Positions 36,504-47,177 of a DNA stretch of 64,000 nucleotides are shown here, in pieces (within the stretch, counting starts at the first letter, position 1; each line of letters starts with the position of its first letter). A program made the position numbers and the translations under genes. Source of the stretch: Micavibrio sp. UBA6212. GTDB taxonomy: Bacteria; Pseudomonadota; Alphaproteobacteria; Micavibrionales; Micavibrionaceae. The notes beneath the pieces were generated by a model. It saw only the letters and a program-made list of their open reading frames with translations, ran no database searches and had not been told where the DNA came from. The stretch is from contig DISK01000014.1 in assembly GCA_002421905.1 (NCBI GenBank), forward strand, positions 37,628 to 101,627, given 5' to 3'.

Positions 36504-37514
36504 ATGAAAGCACGGACGGATTTGCAATCAAGTGGGCCAAAATCTTTAAGCTACGCATCGGCGCTGCATCCACGCCCGATGAGAAATTTGTTTTCGCCCC
36601 TCACGCCCTACTCCCAAGGCTTCCTCGCAGTCGATGAAACCCATACACTCTACTGGGAACAAAGCGGCAATCCAGATGGTATCCCTGTTGTTGTTCTGCA
36701 TGGCGGCCCGGGAGCTGGAGCAACTGCAACCCATCGCCGTTTTTTTGATCCTGATTTTTACCGCATTATTATTTTTGACCAACGCGGCGCCGGACGCTCC
36801 CAACCACTGGGCAGCCTCAAGAATAATACGCTTGATGATTTGATCGCAGATATGGAGAAAATCCGCCTGCACCTCAAAATTCCACGCTGGCATCTGTTCG
36901 GTGGATCATGGGGAAGTACGCTTGCACTGGCTTACGCCCAACATTTTCCCGACCACTGCATCTCTCTGGTTTTGCGCTCGATCTTTCTGATGGAACAATA
37001 TGAAATCGACTGGTACATGCACGGCATGTCCACAATTTTCCCCGAAGCATGGGAAAACTTCACCGAAGGCCGCACACCGAAAGATCTGTTACAAACTTAT
37101 TACGAAGATTTAACAAGTGACGATGACCGCAAATCAATTCACGCCGCCATGCAATGGAACGCCTATGAATCGACTTGCGCATCATTTTTTCCGACCAAAG
37201 AAACTCTGGTTTCCGAAGATCAACGCTACTACGCCCTCGCCACGGCAAAAATCGAAGCGCATTATTTTTATACGCAAGTCATTAAGCCGGAACACAGCCT
37301 GCTGAAAAACATCCGGAAAATCCGCTCCATTCCTGCCACGATAGTTCAGGGGCGCTACGATATAATCTGTCCAATGGCCTCGGCAAATCGCCTGCATCTC
37401 GCATGGCCGGAAGCAGATTACGTGATTGTTCCGGACGCAGGGCATTCCTTCCTTGATCCGACCCTTCGAACACGCCTCATCGAAACCACCGAAGCCGCCA
37501 AGTCGTTGAAATAA
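36504..37514 (+). CDS. pip: Proline iminopeptidase (prolyl aminopeptidase, alpha/beta hydrolase)
   Basis: LYWEQSGNPDGIPVVVLHGGPGAG, FDQRGAGRS, GGSWGSTLAL (GxSxG). Start ambiguous (36504 or 36579). Confidence 0.9.
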   Translation: MKARTDLQSSGPKSLSYASALHPRPMRNLFSPLTPYSQGFLAVDETHTLYWEQSGNPDGIPVVVLHGGPGAGATATHRRFFDPDFYRIIIFDQRGAGRSQPLGSLKNNTLDDLIADMEKIRLHLKIPRWHLFGGSWGSTLALAYAQHFPDHCISLVLRSIFLMEQYEIDWYMHGMSTIFPEAWENFTEGRTPKDLLQTYYEDLTSDDDRKSIHAAMQWNAYESTCASFFPTKETLVSEDQRYYALATAKIEAHYFYTQVIKPEHSLLKNIRKIRSIPATIVQGRYDIICPMASANRLHLAWPEADYVIVPDAGHSFLDPTLRTRLIETTEAAKSLK

Positions 37515-37516
37515 AT

Positions 37517-37920
37517 TATTCCCTTATTTATTCCCTCCCCCTTGAGGGGGCCCAACCTCTTCTTTCCCTCCCCCTTTAGGGGGGAGGGTCAGGGTGGGGG
37601 CACTTAAAGTGTGGGGGCACATTTCATCAAAAATCCGGCATTGCGAGAAGGCAGCGCCGACGAAGCAATCCAGATACAAAAGTCCGGATAACAAGTAGCT
37701 CAATCAGAATATTCCGAATTCCACAAATCGCATTTCTAACTACAGAGCCCGCAGAGAACGCAGAGTATTTATCAAATCACCCTCACCTAAATCCTCTCCC
37801 CTCAAGGGAGAGGACTTATTCCCTTATTTATTCCCTCCCCCTTGAGGGGGCCCAACCTCTTCTTCCCCTCCCCCTTGAGGGGGGAGGGTCAGGGTGGGGG
37901 TACTTAAAGTATGGGGGCAC
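37517..37920. repeat. Nest of dispersed repeats: two 104-bp direct copies 300 bp apart enclosing other repeat families
   Basis: 37517-37620 and 37817-37920 are nearly identical (ttattcccttatttattccctcccccttgagggggcccaacctcttctt.ccctccccct..aggggggagggtcagggtggggg.acttaaagt.tgggggcac). The interior carries cattgcgagaaggcagcgccgacgaagcaatcc and the 10053-10135-type unit. Confidence 0.9.
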
Positions 37921-38007
37921 TATTCTTCAATCAGAAGAACTATAAAACCCCCTTGACATTATAGGAATAATATCCTACAGTAAGGCAAAAAGCTCCAAGG
38001 AGATAAA

Positions 38008-38412
38008 ATGACAGATAAACAATCTTCTACACCTGACCTCAAACCGCCACCGATAGAGGCCACACAAAACGAACTATCGGATTTTATATGGGCAAGAAAC
38101 AGGAAAGAAAGAGAAGTTGATAGCTACAATCGCTACGATCTTGAAAATTTCTTGGGGGAAATGAACTGCCCCGAGGGGAATGACGCCCTAAAAGATGACT
38201 ATATTACAGGATCAATCGCAACCCAGTTACACCAGATGAATGCAACCATTCAATTTTTGTTGTTACGTTTCGGACGCAATGAATTGAAACAGGTGACGCA
38301 AATGCAGCGGCGCTATTGTGAAACTGTGCATCTCCTTCATAAAATTAAAATGGATAATCTCAAATTACAATCAAAATCCGTCAAGAACACCTCTGGAACG
38401 ACACCAGAATAA
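38008..38412 (+). CDS. Hypothetical protein (134 aa)
   Basis: GGAG RBS. Stop overlaps the next start (TAATG). Confidence 0.5.
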   Translation: MTDKQSSTPDLKPPPIEATQNELSDFIWARNRKEREVDSYNRYDLENFLGEMNCPEGNDALKDDYITGSIATQLHQMNATIQFLLLRFGRNELKQVTQMQRRYCETVHLLHKIKMDNLKLQSKSVKNTSGTTPE

Positions 38413-38774
38413 TGGCTTGTGGATGGACAGCCGAAAAAAGAAAATCTGCTGCCGCCAGATGCCGCGCAAACCGCCCATGGCAGAAATCGACAGGCCCTCG
38501 GACTGACATGGGCAAAAGTGTCTCCTCTAAAAATTCCTATAAAACAGGATACTACTCTTGCTCCCGCCGCGAACTGCGTGCGCGCGGACGCGCCCTAATC
38601 CGCGCCAACACCGAATTTTGTCATATATTACGGGCACGGCATCTGCAAAAAACACAAAAACCTGCAAAACGAACTGAGTTTGGCGAGGATGTTCTTCCGT
38701 TCTCCCCCTTGCACTTTCTACCCGAACCCCCTAAATATAGACCATATTTTAACTCCCAACGGCTTCGAAGGTAA
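38412..38774 (+). CDS. Hypothetical basic protein (120 aa) with W..E.R...A...R...PWQKSTGPRT..GK motif
   Basis: Translationally coupled to the preceding ORF and ends 4 nt before pgk. I have a vague memory of this motif in small alphaproteobacterial proteins, unverified. Confidence 0.4.
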   Translation: MACGWTAEKRKSAAARCRANRPWQKSTGPRTDMGKSVSSKNSYKTGYYSCSRRELRARGRALIRANTEFCHILRARHLQKTQKPAKRTEFGEDVLPFSPLHFLPEPPKYRPYFNSQRLRR

Positions 38775-38778
38775 TGAT

Positions 38779-39981
38779 ATGGACTTTCAATCTCTGAAAA
38801 ATATGGATGTAAAAGGTAAAATCGTTTTGCTACGCGCGGACTTGAATGTCCCTGCCAAAGACGGGGTTATCACCGATACAACCCGCATTGATCGCCTGAA
38901 ACCGACAATTGATTTTCTGACAAAGAATGGCGCGAAAACTCTGGTCATTTCTCACTTCGGACGTCCCAAAGGTATTACCCCTGAATTCTCTTTGAAATTC
39001 ATGCTGCCTGCATTGGAAAAAAGCTGGGGCGTCAAGGTTGGCTTTTCTGATGATTGCATCGGCGCATCTGCCGAAGCTGCAAAGGCTGCACTTAAAGACG
39101 GGCAAATCACCCTTCTTGAAAATGTTCGCTTTCACGCTGAAGAAGAAAAAAATGATCCAGCTTTCACCAAACAACTCGCAGCTCTCGGAGACATCTATTG
39201 TAACGATGCATTCTCGGCGGCGCACCGCGCACATTCTTCTACCGAAGGTCTGGCGCATCACCTGCCCGCTTGCGCAGGTATGTTGATGGAAGCCGAATTG
39301 AACGCGCTTAATGCTGCTCTTGAAAATCCGGCACGTCCTGTTCTGGCGATTGTTGGCGGAGCCAAAGTATCAACCAAACTTTCCGTTCTCAATAACCTCG
39401 TCAAAAAAGTGGATTATCTCCTTTTGGGCGGCGGCATGGCCAATACCTTCATGTACGCGCAAGGAATCGAAGTCGGAAAATCATTGTGTGAAAAAGACAT
39501 GGCCGACCAGGCACGCGCCATCATGGAAACTGCCAAGGCCGCCAACTGCGAAATTATTCTGCCAGTTGACCGTGTAACGGTTCTGGAATTTGGCGCCAAC
39601 GTTCCCTTTGAAATTTTCGCAGCCGATAAAATGCCAGCCGAACGCGAAGCCGTTGACGCAGGCCCTGCAACGGTTGCAAAACTCCGTGAAGTGTTGGCGA
39701 ATTGCAAAACTGTATTGTGGAATGGTCCGTTGGGTGTGTTCGAAGTCAAACCATTTGACACTGGAACCAACACAGCGGCTCAAGCTGTTGCCGAATATAC
39801 CAAGGCAGGAAAAATTGTCAGTGTTGCAGGTGGTGGAGATACCGTTTCAGCATTGGAACAAGCAGGCTGCGCCGATGACTTTACTTATGTCTCGAGCGCC
39901 GGCGGAGCCTTCCTTGAATGGATGGAAGGAAAGCCCCTGCCGGGCGTCGAAGCACTTTCTTCCCCAAAAAAGGCAGCGTAA
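38779..39981 (+). CDS. pgk: Phosphoglycerate kinase
   Basis: KGKIVLLRADLNVP..DG.ITD.TRI, SHFGRPKG, GGGDT. GAAGG RBS. Confidence 0.96.
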   Translation: MDFQSLKNMDVKGKIVLLRADLNVPAKDGVITDTTRIDRLKPTIDFLTKNGAKTLVISHFGRPKGITPEFSLKFMLPALEKSWGVKVGFSDDCIGASAEAAKAALKDGQITLLENVRFHAEEEKNDPAFTKQLAALGDIYCNDAFSAAHRAHSSTEGLAHHLPACAGMLMEAELNALNAALENPARPVLAIVGGAKVSTKLSVLNNLVKKVDYLLLGGGMANTFMYAQGIEVGKSLCEKDMADQARAIMETAKAANCEIILPVDRVTVLEFGANVPFEIFAADKMPAEREAVDAGPATVAKLREVLANCKTVLWNGPLGVFEVKPFDTGTNTAAQAVAEYTKAGKIVSVAGGGDTVSALEQAGCADDFTYVSSAGGAFLEWMEGKPLPGVEALSSPKKAA

Positions 39982-40028
39982 AGGCACACCCTCTATACCA
40001 CCGCCTCCCCCTACTAAACTTTTCAGAG

Positions 40029-40058
40029 CGCAGCCACACTTAATGTTGGCTGCGTTTT
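40029..40058 (+). terminator. Likely pgk terminator, overlapping the stop of the convergent gene
   Basis: CGCAGCCA/TGGCTGCG 8-bp stem followed by TTTT. Confidence 0.55.
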
Positions 40059-41215
40059 AATATCTTCTTGGCCAGATATGAATTGATCCGGTTATAATAA
40101 CTTTGTGCCTTACCAATATTGTCTGACGACACAACGCCATCGGCATTCACCATACGACGGGTCAACATAAACATGGACATGAAATCCTCATTTGAAATCT
40201 CGCAAGCCCGCGCAACAATCGCCAATCCCTGACCGTTATGTTGCTTCAATAAAGAAATAACTACGCCTGCATCCAGACCGGCAAAAACACTCATCTGGGC
40301 AATGAAGGATGATATCTGTCCACGTTTCAAGGTTCTCACCATCAAGGTCACATCCAGTTTCCCTTGTTGCATGAACATATCCGCTGCCCGCAACATTGCC
40401 GCTGTCGGCATAAAGGAATCCCCTGACATTCTTGGGGTGACAAATTCATTCAAGACATCATTGATGACATCTTGTACTTCCTTCTGATCCGCATCAGAGA
40501 CTGTGGAGCCAAACTGTGAAGATGTAAAGTCTTTCAAATCACGGCTGACATGCTCATGAATTTTGCGTGCAACAGATTCCGGAACATCGGAACGCAGCAA
40601 CAACGGCTTGGCCAATTCTTCATTTTGCATGGCCAGTTCCTCAAGCTCACGCAACGAAAAATCGGTTAAGGTGATGGTCTCGTTCTCGACCAGAACTTTT
40701 GCCGTTGGAACATCATGTGTGGTGGCCAAAGCATCAACGACATTCTCTTTGATAAAACGGCGCGCGGCAATTGCCTGCCAGAATGTTGTGTCACGCGACT
40801 GGATAATATAAAGCAAATCAAGATCATTCAAAACAGGACTGTTAAGAATGATTGGACGTGCTACAGCGATATCTTCATTAAGAAGCTGCAACAACAAACG
40901 CAACGGAACATTGGGTAGCAATGCCAGACGCTCTGCCAATGCTGACTTTAATTCTTTTTCCGACTGGCGCAACAACGTCACCAGAACATCGGTAACCATC
41001 TCGCGGTCTGCAACGCGCGACGCGACAGACAACAAATCTGTCATCTGACCGCAAACAATCTCTCTGGAATGTGAATGGTTTTCCGGATCTTGTGCATATT
41101 GTTTATGAGAATCGTACAACTCCACCAACATTGGCGAAATTGATCCTGCCCCGGACATCCCATCACGCCCGTTTCTATCGCTAAAATCCAGATCCACTGA
41201 ATCCTGAATTCTCAT
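40040..41215 (-). CDS. DUF2336-like protein (alphaproteobacterial conserved hypothetical)
   Basis: Helical-repeat protein. AERLALLPNVPLRLLLQLLNEDIAVARPIILNSPVLNDLDLLYII matches my recollection of DUF2336. Not verifiable here. Confidence 0.55.
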   Translation of the reverse strand: MRIQDSVDLDFSDRNGRDGMSGAGSISPMLVELYDSHKQYAQDPENHSHSREIVCGQMTDLLSVASRVADREMVTDVLVTLLRQSEKELKSALAERLALLPNVPLRLLLQLLNEDIAVARPIILNSPVLNDLDLLYIIQSRDTTFWQAIAARRFIKENVVDALATTHDVPTAKVLVENETITLTDFSLRELEELAMQNEELAKPLLLRSDVPESVARKIHEHVSRDLKDFTSSQFGSTVSDADQKEVQDVINDVLNEFVTPRMSGDSFMPTAAMLRAADMFMQQGKLDVTLMVRTLKRGQISSFIAQMSVFAGLDAGVVISLLKQHNGQGLAIVARACEISNEDFMSMFMLTRRMVNADGVVSSDNIGKAQSYYNRINSYLAKKILKRSQH

Positions 41216-41485
41216 ATCGGTTACCCCAAAATCTTAAAAAAACTCCTTCCGGTACCGCCACCGGTGCTGCTTTAACAATATTTTTCACACACTCTTATAT
41301 ATCGATCTTCCCACGAATTGATTTACAGAAGGTAAACTCACCCCCCTGCAAAGCCGACTTTCTGCAGAAAAAATACTCGATTGGGCTATCAATAAAATAT
41401 TAATGCTTATATTATACACTTGTTGGACAGTCACAGAACCGCCAGCTAGAATCTGGCCAAATCAAGGGTAAGGTAGAGAAAAAAG

Positions 41486-41746
41486 ATGAGCGCAATCACA
41501 ACGCTTTCCAGTCAACCAACAGCGACACCGCTGACCCAGCAGTTGAGAAATGACACCGCGACCGAGTTTGGCCTTAAAAACCGTGACACCTCGAAAGAGC
41601 GGATCGCCGGCATGCAAGCAGCAGGAGACCGCGTCTCCTCCGCAAACCAGAATGCAACAAGCCTGACACTGGCGAGCAATAAGACTGAAAATAATCCAAC
41701 CAAAACAAGCACTCAACGAGGCTCTTTGGTTGATCTATCCGTATAG
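41486..41746 (+). CDS. Hypothetical small Ser/Thr/Asn/Gln-rich protein (86 aa)
   Basis: AGGTAGAG RBS. Low-complexity hydrophilic sequence. Confidence 0.35.
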   Translation: MSAITTLSSQPTATPLTQQLRNDTATEFGLKNRDTSKERIAGMQAAGDRVSSANQNATSLTLASNKTENNPTKTSTQRGSLVDLSV

Positions 41747-41843
41747 TTTTTGGGAAAACCGGATAAATAAGAATATATTCACATAGTGATTGAATTTTTA
41801 TAGTCCCTTTTTATTCTGAACAAGAAAAAAAGGGCTTTTTTGC

Positions 41844-41872
41844 TTGCATTGACGGGGCAAAGCCCCTATAAA
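41844..41872 (+). promoter_or_regulatory. Sigma70-like promoter candidate for rpsB-tsf (TTGCAT-17-TATAAA)
   Basis: Hexamers at 41844-41849 and 41867-41872. The 5' UTR contains the hairpin TGACGAAtggTTCGTCA (41938-41954). Confidence 0.45.
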
Positions 41873-41997
41873 CAGCGTCAATTCACATACAGGGCTGGGC
41901 GGATAAGGCAGACAAATCTTATTCAACCCTACCGGTGTGACGAATGGTTCGTCATCACAACCCTGTAGAGGCTAAACCGGAAAAAGGAGCTAAAATA

Positions 41998-42804
41998 ATG
42001 GCAATGCCAGAAGTCAACATGCGCGAACTGCTCGAAGCAGGCGTACACTTTGGACACCACACCCGTCGCTGGAACCCGCAAATGCGTCCGTTCATCTTCG
42101 GCGTTCGTAACGGTGTTCACATTCTCGACCTTCAACAAACCGTACCAATGCTGGATCAGGCTTTGCGCACTTTGCGTGAAATCGTGGCCAATGGCGGTCG
42201 TGTTCTGTTCGTCGGAACCAAACGTCAGGCACAATCCACTGTTGCCGAAGCTGCAAAACGCTGTGGTCAATACTACGTCAACCACCGCTGGTTGGGTGGC
42301 ATGATGACCAACTGGAAAACAGTGACCAACTCGATCAATCGTTTGAAAGAGCTGGAAAACATTTTCTCTCATGACAAAGTCCCTTACTCCAAAAAAGAAA
42401 TTTTGATGTTGCGTCGTGAAATGGAAAAACTGAAACTGTCCATCGGCGGTATCAAGGATATGGCTGGTCAACCTGATGCAATTTTCATCATCGACACCAA
42501 CAAAGAAGACATCGCAGTTAAAGAAGCCAACAAGCTGGGTATTCCTGTGATTGCTATTCTCGACAGCAACTCCTGCCCTGATGGAATCGACTTCCCTATT
42601 CCAGGTAACGATGATGCTTTGCGCGCAATCGAATTGTATTGCAACCTTGTATCTTCCGCGATTTTGGATGGTATTCAGGCAGAAATGTCTTCCAAAGGAA
42701 AAGATCTCGGCGAAGCAGAAACTGTGGAAGTAACTCTTCCAGCAGCAGCAAATTCCGCTGAAACTCTGGAAGAATCCGAGAAAAAAGCTGCGGCAACCGC
42801 CTAG
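41998..42804 (+). CDS. rpsB: 30S ribosomal protein S2
   Basis: [31 protein letters not shown]. Confidence 0.96.
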   Translation: MAMPEVNMRELLEAGVHFGHHTRRWNPQMRPFIFGVRNGVHILDLQQTVPMLDQALRTLREIVANGGRVLFVGTKRQAQSTVAEAAKRCGQYYVNHRWLGGMMTNWKTVTNSINRLKELENIFSHDKVPYSKKEILMLRREMEKLKLSIGGIKDMAGQPDAIFIIDTNKEDIAVKEANKLGIPVIAILDSNSCPDGIDFPIPGNDDALRAIELYCNLVSSAILDGIQAEMSSKGKDLGEAETVEVTLPAAANSAETLEESEKKAAATA

Positions 42805-42887
42805 TAAAATTCGAAGAGGGGCTTTTAAGTCCCCTCTTCCCTTATTAAAAATATGATGATGAACCCCGAAACAAAATGAGGATAAAG

Positions 42888-43817
42888 ATGGCTGATATTA
42901 CAGCATCAATGGTAAAAGAACTCCGTGAAAAAACCGGCGCTGGTATGATGGACGCAAAGAACGCTTTGGTCGAATGCGCAGGTGATATGGAAGCTTCAGT
43001 AGATTGGCTTCGTAAAAAAGGTTTGGCTAAAGCTGCCAAAAAATCCGGACGCACAGCTGCTGAAGGTCTGGTTGCTGTTGCAGCTGCCCAAAATGGTCTC
43101 GAAGCCGCTCTGGTAGAAATTAACGCAGAAACCGATTTCGTGGGTCGTAATGAACAATTCCAGAACTTCGTGAAAAAAGCTGCAACGATTGCCCTTTCAA
43201 CTGACGGCGCAACCGAGTCTCTGGCGAATGCCGCCTTCGAAGCTGGCAAAAACACAGCAGAAGCATTGACGGCCCTGATCGCAACCATTGGCGAAAACAT
43301 GTCCTTGCGTCGCGCGACCAAACTGGCCGTTTCACAAGGTTATGTGGCATCTTACGTTCACAATGCGATTGCCCCGAACTTGGGTAAAATCGGCGTTCTG
43401 GTTGCCCTCGAATCCGCTGCCCCTGCAGAAGCCCTGCAAACTTTGGGTAAACAACTGGCGATGCATGTTGCTGCTGCCGCTCCTGAATTTCTGGATGTTG
43501 CCAGTGTTGATCCTGCCGCGGCAGAACGTGAGAAAAACGTTCAACGCGAGACCGCTTTGGCATCCGGCAAACCTGCCGAGATTGTTGAAAAAATGCTCGA
43601 AGGCCGTATGCGCAAATACTACGAAGAAGTCTGCATGATGGAACAAGCGTTCATTATGGATCCTGAGACAAAAATCTCTGCCCTGCTCGACAAAGCTGGC
43701 AAAGAAGCCGGAAGCCCGATTAAATTGGCTGCATTCTCCCGCTTTGTATTGGGTGAAGGCATCGAAAAAGAAGAAACCGACTTTGCTGCTGAAGTGGCGG
43801 CTGCCGTTAACGGTTAA
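42888..43817 (+). CDS. tsf: Elongation factor Ts
   Basis: [24 protein letters not shown]. Confidence 0.96.
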   Translation: MADITASMVKELREKTGAGMMDAKNALVECAGDMEASVDWLRKKGLAKAAKKSGRTAAEGLVAVAAAQNGLEAALVEINAETDFVGRNEQFQNFVKKAATIALSTDGATESLANAAFEAGKNTAEALTALIATIGENMSLRRATKLAVSQGYVASYVHNAIAPNLGKIGVLVALESAAPAEALQTLGKQLAMHVAAAAPEFLDVASVDPAAAEREKNVQRETALASGKPAEIVEKMLEGRMRKYYEEVCMMEQAFIMDPETKISALLDKAGKEAGSPIKLAAFSRFVLGEGIEKEETDFAAEVAAAVNG

Positions 43818-43842
43818 TATTTTTTCGACCAAAGAATTAAGG

Positions 43843-43869
43843 AAGCCGGCCATTTGGTCGGCTTTTTTG
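43843..43869 (+). terminator. Rho-independent terminator after tsf
   Basis: AAGCCGGCCatttGGTCGGCTT followed by TTTTTT. Confidence 0.75.
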
Positions 43870-43947
43870 TGTACCAAGTGACCGAATTTCTTGCATTTTT
43901 TCGCGTCAGTGGTATGACTTGTGCGAAATTCAAAAAAGGAAATAGAG

Positions 43948-44712
43948 ATGCCCGCCATGCCCGCGATAAAAGACGAGATCCGCACTGAATCCTCTGCCAA
44001 ACCAAAATACAAACGCGTATTATTAAAAATGTCTGGAGAGGCTCTGATGGGGCCCAAGGAATTTGGGCTTGATCCTGAAACCGTGGCGCGGATCGCCAAT
44101 GACGTCAAAGAAGTCGTGGATATGGGGATTGAGGTTTGTATCGTCGTCGGCGCAGGAAATATCTTCCGTGGCGTATCAGGGGCATCAAACGGAATGGATC
44201 GTACCACCGCCGACCACATGGGAATGTTGGGAATTGTCATCAACGCTTTGTGCGTCCAGAACGCTCTCGAAAATGTTGGGATTAAAACCCGCGTTCAATC
44301 CGCTATCCAGATGGATCAGGTCTGCGAACCTTATATCCGCCGCAAAGCCATCCGCCACATGGAAAAAGGCCGCGTGGTTATTTTCGCAGCCGGAACCGGT
44401 AACCCCTACTTCACTTCTGACACGGGCGCGGCACTGCGGGCGTCCGAGATGAACTGTGACCTGATTGCCAAAGGAACCAAGGTCAACGGAATCTATACCG
44501 CTGATCCGTTCAAAGACCCTGATGCTAAAAAATACGATCATCTGACCTATATGGATATCCTGACCAAAGATTTGAAGGTGATGGATGCCACGGCTGTTTC
44601 TCTGGCCCGTGAAAATAAAATTCCGGTTATGGTTTTCTCGATCCGCGAACACGGAAATTTTGCCAAGGTTATGAGAGGCGATGGCGATTACACCATCGTC
44701 AGTGATAAATAA
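43948..44712 (+). CDS. pyrH: UMP kinase
   Basis: [28 protein letters not shown]. Confidence 0.95.
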   Translation: MPAMPAIKDEIRTESSAKPKYKRVLLKMSGEALMGPKEFGLDPETVARIANDVKEVVDMGIEVCIVVGAGNIFRGVSGASNGMDRTTADHMGMLGIVINALCVQNALENVGIKTRVQSAIQMDQVCEPYIRRKAIRHMEKGRVVIFAAGTGNPYFTSDTGAALRASEMNCDLIAKGTKVNGIYTADPFKDPDAKKYDHLTYMDILTKDLKVMDATAVSLARENKIPVMVFSIREHGNFAKVMRGDGDYTIVSDK

Positions 44713-44747
44713 GACCTCAAAAACAAAAAAAAGAAAAGGACGTAAGA

Positions 44748-45302
44748 ATGGCTATTGATATGAACGACCTCAAATCCCGCATGCAAGGCGCTGTTGATAT
44801 GTTGGAAAAAGAATATACAGGCCTGCGGACAGGCCGCGCATCTGTCCATATGCTCGAACCCGTTGTCGTTGATGTGTACGGTGCCAAAATGCCCCTCAAT
44901 CAGGTGGCCACCGTTGGCGTTCCGGAATCACGCCTTCTCTCGGTTCAGGTCTGGGACATGAACAACACCAAGGCCGTTGAAAAAGCGATCCGTGATTCAG
45001 GTCTGGGACTGAACCCTCAGGCCGAAGGTTCTTTGATCCGTGTGCCGGTTCCTGAACTCTCGACCGAACGCCGGACGGAACTCCAGAAAGTTGCCGGAAA
45101 ATATGCCGAACAAGCCCGCATCGCGATCCGTAACATTCGCCGTGATGGGATGGACATCCTGAAAAAGGCAGAAAAAGAGAACGAGATTTCAGAAGACGAA
45201 CATAAAAAAATGTCGGATGAAGTTCAAAAATTGACTGACCAGTACATCAAGATTGTCGATGACCATCTATCCAAGAAAGAATCCGACGTGATGAAAGTCT
45301 AG
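44748..45302 (+). CDS. frr: Ribosome recycling factor
   Basis: LRTGRAS..ML..V.V.YYG...PL.Q.A, LTEERR-like STERRTEL. Confidence 0.95.
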   Translation: MAIDMNDLKSRMQGAVDMLEKEYTGLRTGRASVHMLEPVVVDVYGAKMPLNQVATVGVPESRLLSVQVWDMNNTKAVEKAIRDSGLGLNPQAEGSLIRVPVPELSTERRTELQKVAGKYAEQARIAIRNIRRDGMDILKKAEKENEISEDEHKKMSDEVQKLTDQYIKIVDDHLSKKESDVMKV

Positions 45303-45316
45303 AGAAGAGATAAGTC

Positions 45317-46057
45317 TTGAAACAGCCTGAAAATCCGAACCTGAACATCCCCACACACATTGCCGTCATTATGGATGGCAATGGACGGTGGGCTGCTGCG
45401 CGTGGGTTGCCTCGCACGATGGGACACCAACGAGGCAGTGAAGCCGTCAAGCGCATCACGCATGCCGCAGCCGAACTGGGGGTCAAATACCTGACCCTGT
45501 TTGGTTTCTCGTCAGAAAATTGGTCGCGTCCGGAAAGTGAAGTCAAGGAATTGATGAAACTTTTGCGATCCTATTTGCGGTCTGAAACTGCCGAACTGCA
45601 TAAGAACGACATCCGCTTGCGCGTCATCGGAAACCGCCGTGATTTCGATCAGGACATTATTGACCTGATTGATAACGCCGAACGCCTGACCGCAGACAAC
45701 CGCAAGATCACGCTGGTTATGGCGCTCAACTATGGCGGACGTAACGATATTTTGCATGCCGCCAATGCGCTTGCAGATTACGCAGCAAGAGAGAAACGCA
45801 AACTCTCGGAAGAGGAAGTCGAAGCTCTGTTCCCGCAATTCCTGATGACTTCCGGAATTCCCGACCCCGACCTGATGATCCGCACCAGTGGCGAACAACG
45901 TATTTCAAATTTTCTGCTCTGGCCCTGCGCCTATACCGAATTTGTGTTCACCAACACACTCTGGCCAGATTTTGACAAGCAATCCTTGGAACAAGCCATT
46001 GAGGAATATAACCGGCGCGATCGGCGCTTTGGCAATATTGCCTCAACAAAACGCTAA
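45317..46057 (+). CDS. uppS: Di-trans,poly-cis-undecaprenyl-diphosphate synthase
   Basis: HIAVIMDGNGRWA, LTLFGFSSENWSRP, RTSGEQRISNFLLW. TTG start per the track. Confidence 0.93.
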   Translation: MKQPENPNLNIPTHIAVIMDGNGRWAAARGLPRTMGHQRGSEAVKRITHAAAELGVKYLTLFGFSSENWSRPESEVKELMKLLRSYLRSETAELHKNDIRLRVIGNRRDFDQDIIDLIDNAERLTADNRKITLVMALNYGGRNDILHAANALADYAAREKRKLSEEEVEALFPQFLMTSGIPDPDLMIRTSGEQRISNFLLWPCAYTEFVFTNTLWPDFDKQSLEQAIEEYNRRDRRFGNIASTKR

Positions 46058-46078
46058 AGGTAACGCGAAAGGTATCGC

Positions 46079-46780
46079 ATGATCCACGCACGCCCCCAAT
46101 CATCTCTATCGTTAAGGATTTTATCTTCCATCGTCCTGATTCCTCTGGTGATCGGGGTGATGTATTGGGGCGGTTGGGGATACGGCGTTCTGCTTGCCGC
46201 CTGCATCGGGGTTGCAGTTGCAGAATGGATGCACCTCACTGTCAAAATCACTCCCAAGCTCTGGAAGCGCGTTGCTCTGGGCGTAATCGGCATCATATAT
46301 CTTGAACTGTCATTTATTGAGATGGCATGGCTGCGCCTGTGGCTGGCTGACGGATTTGAATGGATCCTGTTTTTGTTCCTGACGATCTGGTCAAGCGACA
46401 CACTGGCTTTCATCTTTGGTAAAAATTTCAAAGGGCCCAAAATGACCCCGACCATCAGCCCCAACAAAACATGGTCAGGTTATGCAGGCGCTCTTCTTGG
46501 GCCCGCCCTGACCCTCTCCGTGTGCCTCCACATTCTGACTCCTGACAGCTTGATAGGCCACACGCCGTCCCTGATCTCAACCATGATCGTAGGGGCCGCC
46601 ATAGGCATCACCGGACAATCCGGAGATTTAATGATCTCGCTGATGAAACGCAAAGCAGGAGTCAAAGACACGGGCAACCTGATCCCCGGGCATGGCGGAA
46701 TCCTTGACCGCATCGACGCCCTATTACTCGTCTTGCCAGTCTATTGCGCCTATCTCATATTTATTCATCCGGATTTTTGA
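46079..46780 (+). CDS. cdsA: Phosphatidate cytidylyltransferase
   Basis: SGDLMISLMKRKAGVKDTGNLIPGHGGILDRIDALL signature. Confidence 0.9.
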   Translation: MIHARPQSSLSLRILSSIVLIPLVIGVMYWGGWGYGVLLAACIGVAVAEWMHLTVKITPKLWKRVALGVIGIIYLELSFIEMAWLRLWLADGFEWILFLFLTIWSSDTLAFIFGKNFKGPKMTPTISPNKTWSGYAGALLGPALTLSVCLHILTPDSLIGHTPSLISTMIVGAAIGITGQSGDLMISLMKRKAGVKDTGNLIPGHGGILDRIDALLLVLPVYCAYLIFIHPDF

Positions 46781-46781
46781 G

Positions 46782-47177
46782 ATGATCGGCCCGCATGAAG
46801 GTAAAGAACTGGACTTAATGTTGAAAGGAGAAAAATCTTTCGCCATGTTCCATGACATTGAAAATACGGATCAGAATGCTCCAGAAGAAATCATCCCTGA
46901 AAAAGCTTTTGCCACTCATGTTAAATCTGGAAAAATCATTCGCAAAGAAAAATCCTTCAAGTCCAATAAATCTGATGACCTGATAAAATATGTCTGCTTT
47001 GCTCTCCCCGATCAAGTCTGGCGTATAGATACATTTTTCTGGATCAAAGAAGAATTTTTTAACGGAAACCAGTTCCCAGATGATGCTGACGATATCATCA
47101 TCGGTCGCATGTTGGGATATAGCAATCAAGACATTAATGATTATTTAGTCAAGCTCAAGCAACGATTACATCTTTGA
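46782..47177 (+). CDS. Hypothetical protein (131 aa) inserted between cdsA and dxr
   Basis: The ATG follows the cdsA stop after a 1-nt gap (TGAgATG). Visibly AT-rich. C-terminus IIIGRMLGYSNQDINDYL. Confidence 0.45.
   Translation: MIGPHEGKELDLMLKGEKSFAMFHDIENTDQNAPEEIIPEKAFATHVKSGKIIRKEKSFKSNKSDDLIKYVCFALPDQVWRIDTFFWIKEEFFNGNQFPDDADDIIIGRMLGYSNQDINDYLVKLKQRLHL

Noticed and set aside
43332-44243. 303-aa minus-strand ORF spanning tsf and pyrH.
   Set aside because: Antisense to two universally conserved genes and crossing their intergenic terminator. No coding features.
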